Of a stretch of 64,000 bases of DNA, positions 8,951 through 20,257 are shown piece after piece. The notes under the pieces are model-generated. The model searched no databases and was not told where the DNA came from. It was given only the letters and a program-made list of their open reading frames with translations. How positions within the stretch are numbered: position 1 is the first letter of the stretch; every line of letters starts with the position of its first letter. Source of the stretch: Candidatus Binatia bacterium (lineage in GTDB: Bacteria; Desulfobacterota; Binatia; UBA9968; JAJDTQ01); contig OY762897.2 of the NCBI GenBank assembly GCA_963666515.2, positions 2,464,001 to 2,528,000 of the forward strand, given 5' to 3'. A program made the translations under genes and the position numbers.

Positions 8951-9139
8951 ATGATCCCGACGGGAACGAAACCCAACAAGGAACTGGAGAGGCGCCTGAA
9001 AAAGGCGGCCAGCAAGCCGATGACCAAGGAGGAGATTCGCAGGCAGCGTATCTCATTCGTCTACGGGAATATGCCGAGTCGAATCGGCATTACGCGCGAC
9101 CAAGTGGCGGAACTCCTCGACAAACATGACGGCCGATGA
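8951..9139 (+). CDS. Small 62-aa protein, putative Fic partner/antitoxin
   Basis: Strong RBS; ATGA overlap with the fic gene; QRISFVYGN segment. Confidence 0.7.
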   Translation: MIPTGTKPNKELERRLKKAASKPMTKEEIRRQRISFVYGNMPSRIGITRDQVAELLDKHDGR

Positions 9140-9748
9140 TCCTCCACGATCTTCTGGGGACCGAGCAACATCCTGCCTATAGCGCACTCTCTGCCGACAA
9201 TCTTGCCAGACAGTACGACTTTCTGCGTTCCGTGGTGAATGCTGCTCTGACCATCAATCGGCCGATGCTCTCCTCAGCACTCATCAAGGCATTGAACTAT
9301 CACGCCATTTCCTGTCTGCACGTCAGTGCTGGAGAGTACCGGCCATGTCCCGTCACCGTGGGCCAGCATCAGCCGCCTGACCACTACCTTGTGCCCGAGT
9401 TGATGAACGGGTTCATAAACGAAGTGAACAGGTTTTGGGAGACCAGCGACATTTCTGTCCTGGCCGCGTATTGCCTCTGGCGCTTGAACTACATCCACCC
9501 CTTCATCAACGGCAACGGCCGAACGGCGCGAGTCCTCTGCTACTTCGTGGTATGCGTGAAGTCTGGTGGCTGTTTGAGAGGTGAGCCGATACTACCCGAA
9601 TTGATACTGCAGCACCGTGACCGGTATGTGGCGCTGCTCCAAGATGTCGATCAGGGCTGTCGAAGCCAGCCGTCCTGACTATCTGGATGGCCTCACGGCA
9701 TTCATTGCCGAACTGTTACAACAACAGATCCAATCAGTATCCCGTTAG
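9136..9748 (+). pseudogene. Fic-domain protein with a probable +1 frameshift near the C-terminus (ORF as read ends at 9678)
   Basis: Canonical HPFINGNGRTAR motif. The +1 frame from about 9656 reads AVEASRPDYLDGLTAFIAELLQQQIQSVSR* (stop 9746-9748), which looks like the terminal Fic helix. Confidence 0.65.
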
Positions 9749-9776
9749 CGTTCACCGGAGGCCGAACCCGGTGACA

Positions 9777-10403
9777 TTAAGTTTGATCGCCCGTGGTCGG
9801 AGGCTCTTTGGATACTTCTTCGCCGACATTGACAGCCGGCTCTTCACCATGGCCCGACGGCGCTTCGGCAGCGGCCTCTTCAGCCGGCTGGGCTTCCGCG
9901 GTGGCGGCTTCCGCCTCGCCATCGGCCGCGGCCGTTTCCGTGTCGCCGGCCTCCGGCTGGTCCTCCGACACCACCTTCACCTTGATGCTCGGCATCACTT
10001 CCGGGCGCAGCCGGATGGGGACCTCGTAATCGCCGACGTTCTTGATGGGGGCGTCGAGGACGATCCTGCGGCGCTCGACGTCGAAGCCCTGATCCTTGAG
10101 CGCCTTTTCGATGTCCATGGTGGTCACCGAGCCGAAGAGCCTGCCCTCCTCGCCGGCCTTGGCGGTGAATTCGAGGGACACGCCGGCGAGCTTCGCGCTG
10201 ATGCCCTGGGCCTCCTTGGTGAGGCGTTCGCGGCGCTGGGCGATCATGCGCTGCTCGTGCTCCAGGGCCTTGAGGTTCTTCTTGTTGGCGAGGACCACGA
10301 GACCGCGGGGGAGCAGGTAGTTGCGGGCGTAACCGTCCTTGACCTTCACCACGTCGCCCATGTGGCCCAGGTTCTCGATATCTTCCTTCAGAACGACTTC
10401 CAT
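9777..10403 (-). CDS. rplI: 50S ribosomal protein L9 with acidic C-terminal tail
   Basis: MEVVLKEDIENLG..GDVVKVKDGYARNYLLP, LFGSVT. Confidence 0.96.
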   Translation of the reverse strand: MEVVLKEDIENLGHMGDVVKVKDGYARNYLLPRGLVVLANKKNLKALEHEQRMIAQRRERLTKEAQGISAKLAGVSLEFTAKAGEEGRLFGSVTTMDIEKALKDQGFDVERRRIVLDAPIKNVGDYEVPIRLRPEVMPSIKVKVVSEDQPEAGDTETAAADGEAEAATAEAQPAEEAAAEAPSGHGEEPAVNVGEEVSKEPPTTGDQT

Positions 10404-10413
10404 CGGTTCTCCT

Positions 10414-11358
10414 TCAGGTCAGGCCCTCGGTGCGCCGCTTGAGGCGACGGAAGTCGCCCCAGAGGTCGAAGAACCCAAGGCCGATGACCAGCACCGTGAG
10501 GACCTGCTCGAAGACGATGAGCAGGTATCCCAGCACGCGAAAAAACATCGGGACTCTCTTGTGATGAAAATAGTACGCCACGATGGCAAGGCCGTGGAAG
10601 AAATAGAACACGGCGCATACGAAGACCAGGTTCACGGCCAGTGCGCGCAACGACCATCCGAGGGGCAGGAAAAGCGCCAAGCTCGGCACCAGCAACAACC
10701 ACACCATGTAATCCGGCGACTTCCATTCCTTCAGGTCTCCGGCCTCGAAGAAAAACGAGCGGTACTGCGGGAACTGCCACGACAGCAGCGCCAGATTGAC
10801 CAGCACCGTGACCCCCATGGCCAGGAAGACCATCCCGGGCAGCATCTGGACGAAGAGGGCCGCCATCTGGCCGGCGTTCTCCCGCAGATAGTCAATGGTT
10901 TCGCCGGACAGGCCCATGCGCTCGTAAGCTTCCAGGGTCGCGAGGACCTGGGCCTGGACGCCGCCGTGCAACGTCGTCCACAGGGTCGAGAACGAGCCGG
11001 CGACCGCCGCGGCCGTCAACAGCATGACCGTCACCGTAAGGAGGGCGTTGCCGCTCACCACCGTGACGATGGACCATCCGCGTCCGAAGGAAAAGAACAG
11101 CAGGTACGTCACCAGCGCCAGGACCAGGTAGGCCACCGCCGCTTCCAGACCGGCCATGACGAAAACGCATGCCGTTGCCGCCAGGGGCAGCAGGTGTCCG
11201 GCCTGTTTCCCCACCTTGACGCCAACGAACAAGGCCGGGTAGATGACCAGCGGAAGCGTGGCCAGACCGAAGATCGGCACCCTCAGGCCTGCAAGGAAAA
11301 GCAGCAGGGTGGCAGCCAACCCAAGGCCGAACCACTTCGGTGTGTCAAGGCCTTTCAT
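10414..11358 (-). CDS. DUF2232/YybS-family membrane protein
   Basis: Multi-TM protein ending GLGFFDLWGDFRR, in the usual position between rpsR and rplI. Confidence 0.8.
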   Translation of the reverse strand: MKGLDTPKWFGLGLAATLLLFLAGLRVPIFGLATLPLVIYPALFVGVKVGKQAGHLLPLAATACVFVMAGLEAAVAYLVLALVTYLLFFSFGRGWSIVTVVSGNALLTVTVMLLTAAAVAGSFSTLWTTLHGGVQAQVLATLEAYERMGLSGETIDYLRENAGQMAALFVQMLPGMVFLAMGVTVLVNLALLSWQFPQYRSFFFEAGDLKEWKSPDYMVWLLLVPSLALFLPLGWSLRALAVNLVFVCAVFYFFHGLAIVAYYFHHKRVPMFFRVLGYLLIVFEQVLTVLVIGLGFFDLWGDFRRLKRRTEGLT

Positions 11359-11381
11359 GAGCCGACCCTGTCGACGCCGGA

Positions 11382-11660
11382 TCAGAGCTTTACGGTGGTG
11401 TAGGGGAGTAGCGCTACCAGGCGAGCCCGCTTGATCGCCTTGGACAGGCGCCGCTGGCACCAGCAACAGGTGCCGGTGATGCGGCTCGGCGTGATCTTGC
11501 CCCGCTCCGTCATGAATCCGGTGAGGAGCTTGGTATCCTTGTAGTCGAAGCGAAGGTCCTTGTTGGCGCAGAAGCGACAGACCTTCCGGCGCGAAATGCC
11601 GCGCCGGCGAGGTGACGAATCACGATCTTCCGAGCCTCTTCTCCCGTGATATTCTGCCAT
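11382..11660 (-). CDS. rpsR: 30S ribosomal protein S18 (Cys-rich, Zn-binding type)
   Basis: [39 protein letters not shown]. Confidence 0.96.
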   Translation of the reverse strand: MAEYHGRRGSEDRDSSPRRRGISRRKVCRFCANKDLRFDYKDTKLLTGFMTERGKITPSRITGTCCWCQRRLSKAIKRARLVALLPYTTVKL

Positions 11661-11701
11661 GTTCTCCTAGCCGTTCCGCTCTGCCATCCGTAGCCGGATA
11701 C

Positions 11702-12181
11702 TTACGCTTCGGAGCCTTCCTGGACTTCCTTGGCGGGTTCGGGCTCCGGCGCCGCCGGCTCTGCTGCTTGGGCCGGTTCCGCCGCCGCTGCCGCCTCCGG
11801 TTCCGTTGCTGCCGACACCGCTTCCACTGCCGCTGCCGGTTCCGGCGCAGGCGCGGGATCTTCCGTCCGGGCCAAGGACCGCACGTCGTCGTCCAGGACC
11901 ACGGTCATGCAGCGCATGACCTCGTCGCTCAAGCGCATCAGCCGCTCCAGCTCCTCGCTGGTCCCCGCCGAAGCCTGGTACTGGACCAAGTTGTAGAAGC
12001 CCCGGTCCTGCTTCTCGATGGGGTAGGCGAGGTCGCGCATGCCCCATTCCTCGAAATGGGTAACGGTTGCGCCGCGGCCTTCCAGGACTCCCAGGTACCT
12101 CTCGCAGAGCTCCTTGTTCTTGCCGCTGTGGACCGGGTGAACGATGAAGAGCGTCTCGTAGTGCGTCGTTTCGTCAGTCAT
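11702..12181 (-). CDS. rpsF: 30S ribosomal protein S6 with Ala/Glu/Pro tail
   Basis: YETLFIVHP, WG.RDLAYPIEK, ELERLMRLSDEVMR. Confidence 0.93.
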   Translation of the reverse strand: MTDETTHYETLFIVHPVHSGKNKELCERYLGVLEGRGATVTHFEEWGMRDLAYPIEKQDRGFYNLVQYQASAGTSEELERLMRLSDEVMRCMTVVLDDDVRSLARTEDPAPAPEPAAAVEAVSAATEPEAAAAAEPAQAAEPAAPEPEPAKEVQEGSEA

Positions 12182-12259
12182 GGTCTGTCTTGTCTGACCG
12201 GCGCCATGATCCGAAATGGCGCCCTTGAAGGACGCCATTTCAGCGCACCGGAACGTGTC

Positions 12260-12288
12260 AACCTAGCACAGGGGTTGCCTGTTTACAA
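12260..12288 (-). promoter_or_regulatory. Putative sigma70 promoter of the rpsF operon
   Basis: Minus strand TTGTAA-N17-TAGGTT with an extended TG. Confidence 0.55.
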
Positions 12289-12298
12289 CCTTCGCCAC

Positions 12299-14347
<2,049 letters not shown>

Positions 14348-14357
14348 AACGCCTCCT

Positions 14358-14924
14358 CTATTGAACCCGATTGAAATCTTCCATGGCCCGCACCGGGCCG
14401 TCCCGCACGATCGCTTCCAGCGCCTCCCCGGCCTTCGTCAGCACGCCGTCCAGCGCGTCTTCCTCGTCCGGCGGGAACCGGCTCAGCACGTATTCCACCG
14501 CATCCACGCCCGCGGGCGGACGGCCGATGCCGATACGGAGCCGGACGAAATCGCGGTCGGCCACGTACTGCAGGACGGACGCGATGCCGCGATGCCCGCC
14601 CGCGGACCCGCCGCAGCGGATCCTCAAGCGCCCGAAGGGCAGATCCAGGTCGTCGTAAGCCACCACCAGATCGGCCCCTCGGACCTGGTAGCGTTTCACC
14701 AGGGCCGCGGCCGCCAGGCCGCTGTTGTTCATGTAAGTCTGGGGCTTGGCGAGCACCAGGGGCTCCCGCTCCCACTCCCCCCGACCCACCAGGGACTCGC
14801 ACCGGTCGTCGCCGATGCGGATGTCCCTGGCTTCCGCGATGCGGTCCAGCAACAGAAACCCGAGATTGTGCCGGGTGCGCGCGTAACGCCGGCCCGGATT
14901 GCCCAGGCCCACCACGAGCTTCAC
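14358..14924 (-). CDS. pth: Peptidyl-tRNA hydrolase
   Basis: [40 protein letters not shown]; GTG start. Confidence 0.95.
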   Translation of the reverse strand: MKLVVGLGNPGRRYARTRHNLGFLLLDRIAEARDIRIGDDRCESLVGRGEWEREPLVLAKPQTYMNNSGLAAAALVKRYQVRGADLVVAYDDLDLPFGRLRIRCGGSAGGHRGIASVLQYVADRDFVRLRIGIGRPPAGVDAVEYVLSRFPPDEEDALDGVLTKAGEALEAIVRDGPVRAMEDFNRVQ

Positions 14925-14991
14925 GTCCGTGACCCGGCATGGAAGCCCGCGCACGCGCCGGACGTCCCGCCATCCCTGCGCGGCGCGGCGT

Positions 14992-15651
14992 TCACTCGCC
15001 CGTCTGTTCCGCGGACGCCGCGGCCTGTTCGTCGGCCCCCTCCGCCGCCTCCGCCGCGGCTTCGCCTTCGGCCTCCTCCTCGGCCAGGGTGGAGACCGTG
15101 GGCGCCAGCACCGACACCAGGGCCAAGTCCGGAGTGTTGTTGGTCACATCGGGCGGCAGGGTGATGTCGCCGGCCTTGAGCCCGTGACCGATCTCCAGTG
15201 AAGAAACGTCCACCTCGATCTGCGCCGGGATGTCCATGGGCAGGCACTCGACCTCCAGTTCCCGCGCGATGGGCTGCAACACCCCTCCATGAATGACCCC
15301 TTCGGCCCGCCCCACGAAATGAAGTCCCACCATCACGGTGATCTTCCGCGTCACGTCCACCTCGTAGAAGTCGATGTGGGCGACGGCGTGGGTCACCGGG
15401 TGATACTGCACGTCCTTGACCAGGACGAGCCTGCCGTCGAGATTCTCGGCGGAGGACTTGAACCGGAGCACGTGAGAGCCCTCCAGCCTGCCGACGCGGG
15501 TCCTCAGTTCCCTGCCGTCCACCTGCATGGCGACGCCGTCGGTCCCCCGGCCGTAGACGACCCCCGGAAGCTTTCCGTTGCGCCGCAGGCGCCCGGCGTC
15601 GCGCTTGTTGCCGACCTCTCTCGTCTCTACCGAAACTTCTACCGTTTCCAA
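14992..15651 (-). CDS. rplY: 50S ribosomal protein L25/Ctc
   Basis: RLRR.GK.PGVVYG, KDVQYHPV, HIDF, GGVL; acidic tail. Confidence 0.95.
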   Translation of the reverse strand: METVEVSVETREVGNKRDAGRLRRNGKLPGVVYGRGTDGVAMQVDGRELRTRVGRLEGSHVLRFKSSAENLDGRLVLVKDVQYHPVTHAVAHIDFYEVDVTRKITVMVGLHFVGRAEGVIHGGVLQPIARELEVECLPMDIPAQIEVDVSSLEIGHGLKAGDITLPPDVTNNTPDLALVSVLAPTVSTLAEEEAEGEAAAEAAEGADEQAAASAEQTGE

Positions 15652-15688
15652 ACCTGAACCTCCTGCCGAAATGCTGTGGATGCGTCGT

Positions 15689-16639
15689 TCAGAAAAGCGA
15701 GCTGATGGACCTTTCCAGGTGGGTCCTGCGGATGGCTTCGCCGATCAGCGGCGCCACCGACAGCGGCTTGATCTTCGCGCACCGGGTCATCTTCTCGTCC
15801 ACCGGGATGGTGTCGGTCACCACCATCTCCTCCATCGGCGAGTCATTGATCCTGTCCAGCGCCTTGCCGGAAAAGACGGCGTGGGTGCAGCAGCCGATGA
15901 CCTTCCTGGCGCCGGCCCGGATCAACGCTTCGGCCGCCATGGCGATGGTGCCGGCGGTGTCCACCATGTCGTCGATGAGGATCGCGCTCCTGCCTTCCAC
16001 CTCGCCGATGATGTTCATCTCCTCCACCACGTTGGCATCGGCCCGGCGCTTGTCGATGACCGCCATCGCCACGTTCAGCCTGGTGGCGAAGGCCCGCGCC
16101 CGCTGGGCGCCGCCCGCGTCCGGCGACACGACGATCGACCTTTCCCCGGCGAAGCGCCGTTCCAGGTACTGGAGCAGCACGGGGGAGGCGTAGAGGTTGT
16201 CCACCGGTATGTTGAAGAACCCCTGGATCTGCCCCGAATGGAGGTCCATGGTGAGCATGCGCGAGGCGCCCGCGGTGGTGATGAGGTCCGCCACCAGCTT
16301 GGCGCTGATGGGCACCCTGGGAGCCACCTTGCGGTCCTGCCGCGCGTAGCCGTAGTAGGGGATCACCGCGGTGACCCGCTTGGCCGAAGCGCGCCTGAAC
16401 GCGTCCAGCATGATGAGCAGCTCCATCAGGTTGTCGTTGCCCGGGGCGCAGGTGGACTGGATCACGAAGACGTCGCAGCCGCGCACGTTCTCCTTGATCT
16501 CCACCCGGATCTCGCCGTCGCTGAAGGTCTCCACCAGCGCCTCGCCCATCGGGATCTCCAGGCCGCGGCAGATGTCGTGCGCCAGCGCGGGAGTGGAATT
16601 GCCCGCAAAGATTCTCATTTCATCGTGCAACGATCCCAT
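15689..16639 (-). CDS. prs: Ribose-phosphate pyrophosphokinase
   Basis: FSDGE, PYYGYARQDRK, DLHSGQIQGFF, SPDAGG, DDMVDTAGT. Confidence 0.97.
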   Translation of the reverse strand: MGSLHDEMRIFAGNSTPALAHDICRGLEIPMGEALVETFSDGEIRVEIKENVRGCDVFVIQSTCAPGNDNLMELLIMLDAFRRASAKRVTAVIPYYGYARQDRKVAPRVPISAKLVADLITTAGASRMLTMDLHSGQIQGFFNIPVDNLYASPVLLQYLERRFAGERSIVVSPDAGGAQRARAFATRLNVAMAVIDKRRADANVVEEMNIIGEVEGRSAILIDDMVDTAGTIAMAAEALIRAGARKVIGCCTHAVFSGKALDRINDSPMEEMVVTDTIPVDEKMTRCAKIKPLSVAPLIGEAIRRTHLERSISSLF

Positions 16640-16711
16640 GTCCTACCTGCGCTGCTGTGGAGAGAACGCCGGTGTTCGTAACGGCTCACCGGCCCATCGA
16701 AGGAGAGAGCT

Positions 16712-16786
16712 TGGCTGGGCGGGAAGGATTCGAACCTTCGAATACCGGATCCAAAATCCGGGGCCTTACCACTTGGCGACCGCCCA
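16712..16786 (-). tRNA. tRNA-Gln(UUG)
   Basis: Minus strand TGGGCGGTCGCCAAGTGGTAAGGC-CCCGGA-TTTTGGA-TCCGG-TATTCGAAGGTTCGAATCCTTC-CCGCCCAGCCA: cloverleaf, TTG anticodon, encoded CCA. Confidence 0.96.
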
Positions 16787-16826
16787 TCCCGTCCCGTCGG
16801 CGTCCGAGTGTCCGGCCCGGGAAGGA

Positions 16827-17111
16827 CTATTCGCCGTCCCGGTCCTGGCCTGCATCGCCCGCTGTAACGTCCCTGTATGCCGCGATAATCCTTTCTTCGA
16901 GCATTCTGCGGGTCTCGCTGTTGAGGGGGTGCGCCACGTCCTTGTAGGTTCCGTCCCGGCGTTTCTTGCTGGGCATGGAAACGAACAGCCCCGAGGTGCC
17001 GCGAATGACTTTGAGGTCCCGGACCACGAAACAGTCGTCCAGGGTGATGGTCACATAAGCCTTGAGCTTATCCTCCTCGACGGGAAAGACCTTGACTTCC
17101 GTGACCTCCAC
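16827..17111 (-). CDS. spoVG: SpoVG-family protein
   Basis: MEVTEVKV..KLKAYVTITLDDCFVVRDLKVI.G..GLFVSMPS, DVAHPLN. Confidence 0.93.
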   Translation of the reverse strand: MEVTEVKVFPVEEDKLKAYVTITLDDCFVVRDLKVIRGTSGLFVSMPSKKRRDGTYKDVAHPLNSETRRMLEERIIAAYRDVTAGDAGQDRDGE

Positions 17112-17149
17112 AGGGACCTCCTTTCCGTCCGGGGACGGATGGCCTGCCC

Positions 17150-17998
17150 TTATGTCAGCGAAAAAGCCAGAAAGGCGCGAACGTCTTTTTCGCCCTCGAA
17201 GCCCGCGAATGCCCTTTTTGCACCTGCCTCGTCAGCGAAGAGCCCGAAAACCGAAGAGCCGCTTCCGGTCATGAGACTGCCGATCGCCCCGCTCTCGTCC
17301 AAGCGTTCCTTGAGGCGGGCGATGCGCGGATAGCGGCCGATGGTTACCGTTTCAAGGTCATTGACCATGGCCTGAGCCACTGCGTCAGGCGTGTCCAATT
17401 TTCCGAACAAGTTATTATTGTTGGACCGTTTTGTCAACTTGAACCGGAAGTTGCGGTAGACCCAGGCCGTGGAAACCGGGAAGCCGGGAAACAGCACCAC
17501 CATCCAGAGCCGCGGCAGCGCGCCCGCGGGGCTCAACTCCTCGCCGATTCCCCGCGCCCGCGCAGCCTGGCCGCGGATGAAGAACGGCACGTCCGCCCCC
17601 ACCGACAGCGCCAGCGCCTCCAGGTCGCCGGCGGACAGGCCCGCTCCGAGCAGGTCGTTCATCCCCCGCAGAACGGCCGCGGCGTCGGTGCTGCCGCCGC
17701 CGAGCCCCGCGCCCATGGGGATGCGCTTGCGGATGTGGACGGCCAAGGGATCGCGATGACCGGTGCGTTTCCGGAACGCACGAACTGCGCGGTGGACGGT
17801 GTTCTCTTCCCCCAGGGGCAATTCGGGATCGTCCGCCCGCAAGGTCAATGACTCGGGGTCTCCGTCGATCCGGGAGATATCCACGTCATCTCCCAGGCTG
17901 ATGGGAGCCATCAGGGTGTCCAGCAGGTGGTAGCCGTCGTCCCGCCGGCCCGTGACCCGGAGGTAGAGATTCACCTTGGCGGGGGCGAACAGCTTCAT
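17150..17998 (-). CDS. ispE: 4-diphosphocytidyl-2-C-methyl-D-erythritol kinase
   Basis: APAKVNL.L, DGYH, GAGLGGGS.DAA, GADVPFF, NDLE, MTGSGS. Confidence 0.95.
   Translation of the reverse strand: MKLFAPAKVNLYLRVTGRRDDGYHLLDTLMAPISLGDDVDISRIDGDPESLTLRADDPELPLGEENTVHRAVRAFRKRTGHRDPLAVHIRKRIPMGAGLGGGSTDAAAVLRGMNDLLGAGLSAGDLEALALSVGADVPFFIRGQAARARGIGEELSPAGALPRLWMVVLFPGFPVSTAWVYRNFRFKLTKRSNNNNLFGKLDTPDAVAQAMVNDLETVTIGRYPRIARLKERLDESGAIGSLMTGSGSSVFGLFADEAGAKRAFAGFEGEKDVRAFLAFSLT
17409..17437 (-). promoter_or_regulatory. Putative sigma70 promoter inside ispE
   Basis: Minus strand TTGACA-N17-TAACTT in an AT-rich patch of an otherwise GC-rich gene. Confidence 0.6.
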
Positions 17999-18002
17999 GC
18001 CC

Positions 18003-19091
18003 TCAGGGCTTGATCAACGCCTTGGTGGGGAACATCTCGGGCACTTCGCCGCCGACCGCGCGGACGCACTGTTCGGTCTCGTCCAGCGAGAACACGTGGC
18101 TCACCATCTGCTCCACCGGAAAGCCGGTGGTCTCCATCAGCCGCAGGGTGGCGTCGATGGCGTCGTTGTCGCCGGTATAGGCTCCCTGGACGCAGATCTC
18201 GCCCCAGACGAGCTTGTCCATGAGCATGGGGGTCACGGTCTTGTCGCCCGTCAGCCCGCCGAGCACGAGCTTGCCTTGCCGCCGGAGACAGTCCACCGAG
18301 GTGACGATGGCCGCGGGGTTGCCGGAGACGTCGACGGCGACGTCGCACATGGCGCCGCCGGTCTCTTCCCGGATCACCTCCGCCACGTTCTCCTCCTCCA
18401 CGTTGATGGTTCGGTGCGCCCCGAACCGTTCGGCCACCTCCAGCCGGCTCTTGTCGCGGCCGATGCCGGTGACGAAGATGCGCGCGGCCCCGGCGTGGCT
18501 CGACGCGAAGGTGCAGGCGAGCCCCTGCTGGCCGGGTCCCTGGATCAGCACGTAGTCGCCCATCTTGACGCCGCCGTGCCGCAGCGCCCACTGGAAGCCG
18601 TTGGCCATCACCGCCCCCACCAGGGCCGCGGCCTCCGGCGGCAGGTCATCGCTGATGCGGGTCAGCAACGCCGTGGGCGTGATGTAGAGGTACTCGGCGA
18701 AGCCGCCGAACAGGTGCGGCGGGTCGGCGGACGACATCCGGGAGCCGTAGGCCGCGCGCTGCTTGCAGAACCGGTCCCCGCCGCGGCGGCAGTCCGCGCA
18801 ACGGCCGCACCCGATGGAGCCCTTGATGATCACCCGGTCGCCTTCCTTGACGCCGTGTATCTCCGCCGCCCGGTCGCCGAGCTTCTCTACCCGGCCGAGT
18901 ATCTCGTGGCCCAGGATGATGGGCATGGGCAGGTTGAGCTTGCCGGTGTAGTACTTGTAGTCCGTGCCGCACACCCCACCCATCTCCACCTTCAGGAGCC
19001 CGCCGTCGGGCGGGATGTCCGGCACAGGGTACTCCCGGACCTCGATCCTGGCCGGACCCACCAGGGTCGCCGCTCTGCAGGTTTCGCTCAT
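18003..19091 (-). CDS. Zn-dependent medium-chain dehydrogenase (paralog B)
   Basis: VCGTD, GHE, structural-Zn CGRCADC...C, GPGQQG; ATGA overlap with paralog A. Confidence 0.9.
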   Translation of the reverse strand: MSETCRAATLVGPARIEVREYPVPDIPPDGGLLKVEMGGVCGTDYKYYTGKLNLPMPIILGHEILGRVEKLGDRAAEIHGVKEGDRVIIKGSIGCGRCADCRRGGDRFCKQRAAYGSRMSSADPPHLFGGFAEYLYITPTALLTRISDDLPPEAAALVGAVMANGFQWALRHGGVKMGDYVLIQGPGQQGLACTFASSHAGAARIFVTGIGRDKSRLEVAERFGAHRTINVEEENVAEVIREETGGAMCDVAVDVSGNPAAIVTSVDCLRRQGKLVLGGLTGDKTVTPMLMDKLVWGEICVQGAYTGDNDAIDATLRLMETTGFPVEQMVSHVFSLDETEQCVRAVGGEVPEMFPTKALIKP

Positions 19092-20176
19092 GGCCGGATC
19101 AGCGCCTTGGTCGGGAACATCTCGGGGATTTCGCCGCCCACGGCCTGGATGCACTTCTCGGTGTCCTCCAGCGGGAACACGTGGCTCACCATCTCCTCCA
19201 CCGGGAACCTGGTGGCTTCCATGAGGCGCAGGGTCGCGTCCACCGCGTCGTTGTCGCCGGTGAAGCAGCCCTGGAGCTTGATCTCGCCCCACACCAGCTT
19301 GTCCATGTGGACCTCGGTGATAGTCTTGTCGCCGGTGAGCCCGGCCAGCACCATGGTGCCCTGGCGGCGCAGGCAGTCGATGGAGGCCAGGATCGCCTTG
19401 GGGCTGCCCGACACGTCCACCACCACGTCCGCCATGGCGCCATCCGTCTCTTCCCGGACGACGTCCACCACGTTCTCCTCCTCCACGTTGATGATGCGGT
19501 CGGCGCCCCACTTCTTCGCCAGCTCCATGCGGGGCGCGTCCCGGCCGATGCCCGACACGAAGATCTTGGCCGCGCCTGCGTGCTTCGAGGCCCAGGTGCA
19601 CGCCAGCCCCTGCTGTCCGGGCCCCTGGATCAGCACGAAGTCGCCCATCTTGACGCCGCCGCGCCGGAGCGCCCACTGGAAGCCGTTGGCCATGACCGAG
19701 CCGATGAGGGCCGCCGCCTCCGCCGAGAGGTCCTCACTGATCTTGGTCATCAGCACGTCGGGCGCCAAGTAGAGGTAGTCGGCGAAGCCGCCGAACAGGT
19801 GCGGCGGATTGGCGCTGGTGGTGCGGCCGCCGTAGTTGGTGCGGTTCCGGCAGAAGCGCTGGGCGTTGCGCCGGCAGTCGGAGCAGCGGCCGCAGCCGAT
19901 GGCGCCCTTCATGATGACGCGGTCGCCTTCCTTGACGCCGTGGATCTTCTCGGCCTTGGAGCCGAGCTTGTGCACCCGGCCCAGGATCTCGTGGCCCAGG
20001 ATGATGGGCAACGGCAGGTTGATGCGGCCATGATAGTACTTCACGTCCGAGCCGCAGACGCCGCCCATCTCGACCTTGAGCAGTCCGCCGTCGTCGGGAA
20101 TGTCCGGTATGGGGTATTCCCGGATCTCGATCTTGTCCGGAGCAAGCAACGTTGCCGCCCTGCTGGTCTCTGCCAT
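19088..20176 (-). CDS. Zn-dependent medium-chain dehydrogenase (paralog A)
   Basis: VCGSD, GHE, CGRCSDC...C, GPGQQG; AAGGAGG RBS. Confidence 0.9.
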   Translation of the reverse strand: MAETSRAATLLAPDKIEIREYPIPDIPDDGGLLKVEMGGVCGSDVKYYHGRINLPLPIILGHEILGRVHKLGSKAEKIHGVKEGDRVIMKGAIGCGRCSDCRRNAQRFCRNRTNYGGRTTSANPPHLFGGFADYLYLAPDVLMTKISEDLSAEAAALIGSVMANGFQWALRRGGVKMGDFVLIQGPGQQGLACTWASKHAGAAKIFVSGIGRDAPRMELAKKWGADRIINVEEENVVDVVREETDGAMADVVVDVSGSPKAILASIDCLRRQGTMVLAGLTGDKTITEVHMDKLVWGEIKLQGCFTGDNDAVDATLRLMEATRFPVEEMVSHVFPLEDTEKCIQAVGGEIPEMFPTKALIRP

Positions 20177-20196
20177 CGTGTACCTCCTTGACGGGC

Positions 20197-20225
20197 CGTC
20201 ACCCCGGACTTGATCCGGGGTCCAG
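20197..20225. repeat. CGTC-type REP-like palindrome
   Basis: CGTCACCCCGGA-CTTGA-TCCGGGGTCCAG hairpin in an intergenic spacer. Confidence 0.7.
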
Positions 20226-20257
20226 GGGCGTGGGGCCGGTGTGGCGCCCCCGCCGTG

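Noticed and set aside
16712-16786. tRNA-Gln as an integration site
   Set aside because: No integrase, no duplicated tRNA 3' end seen, and the flanking housekeeping synteny is intact.
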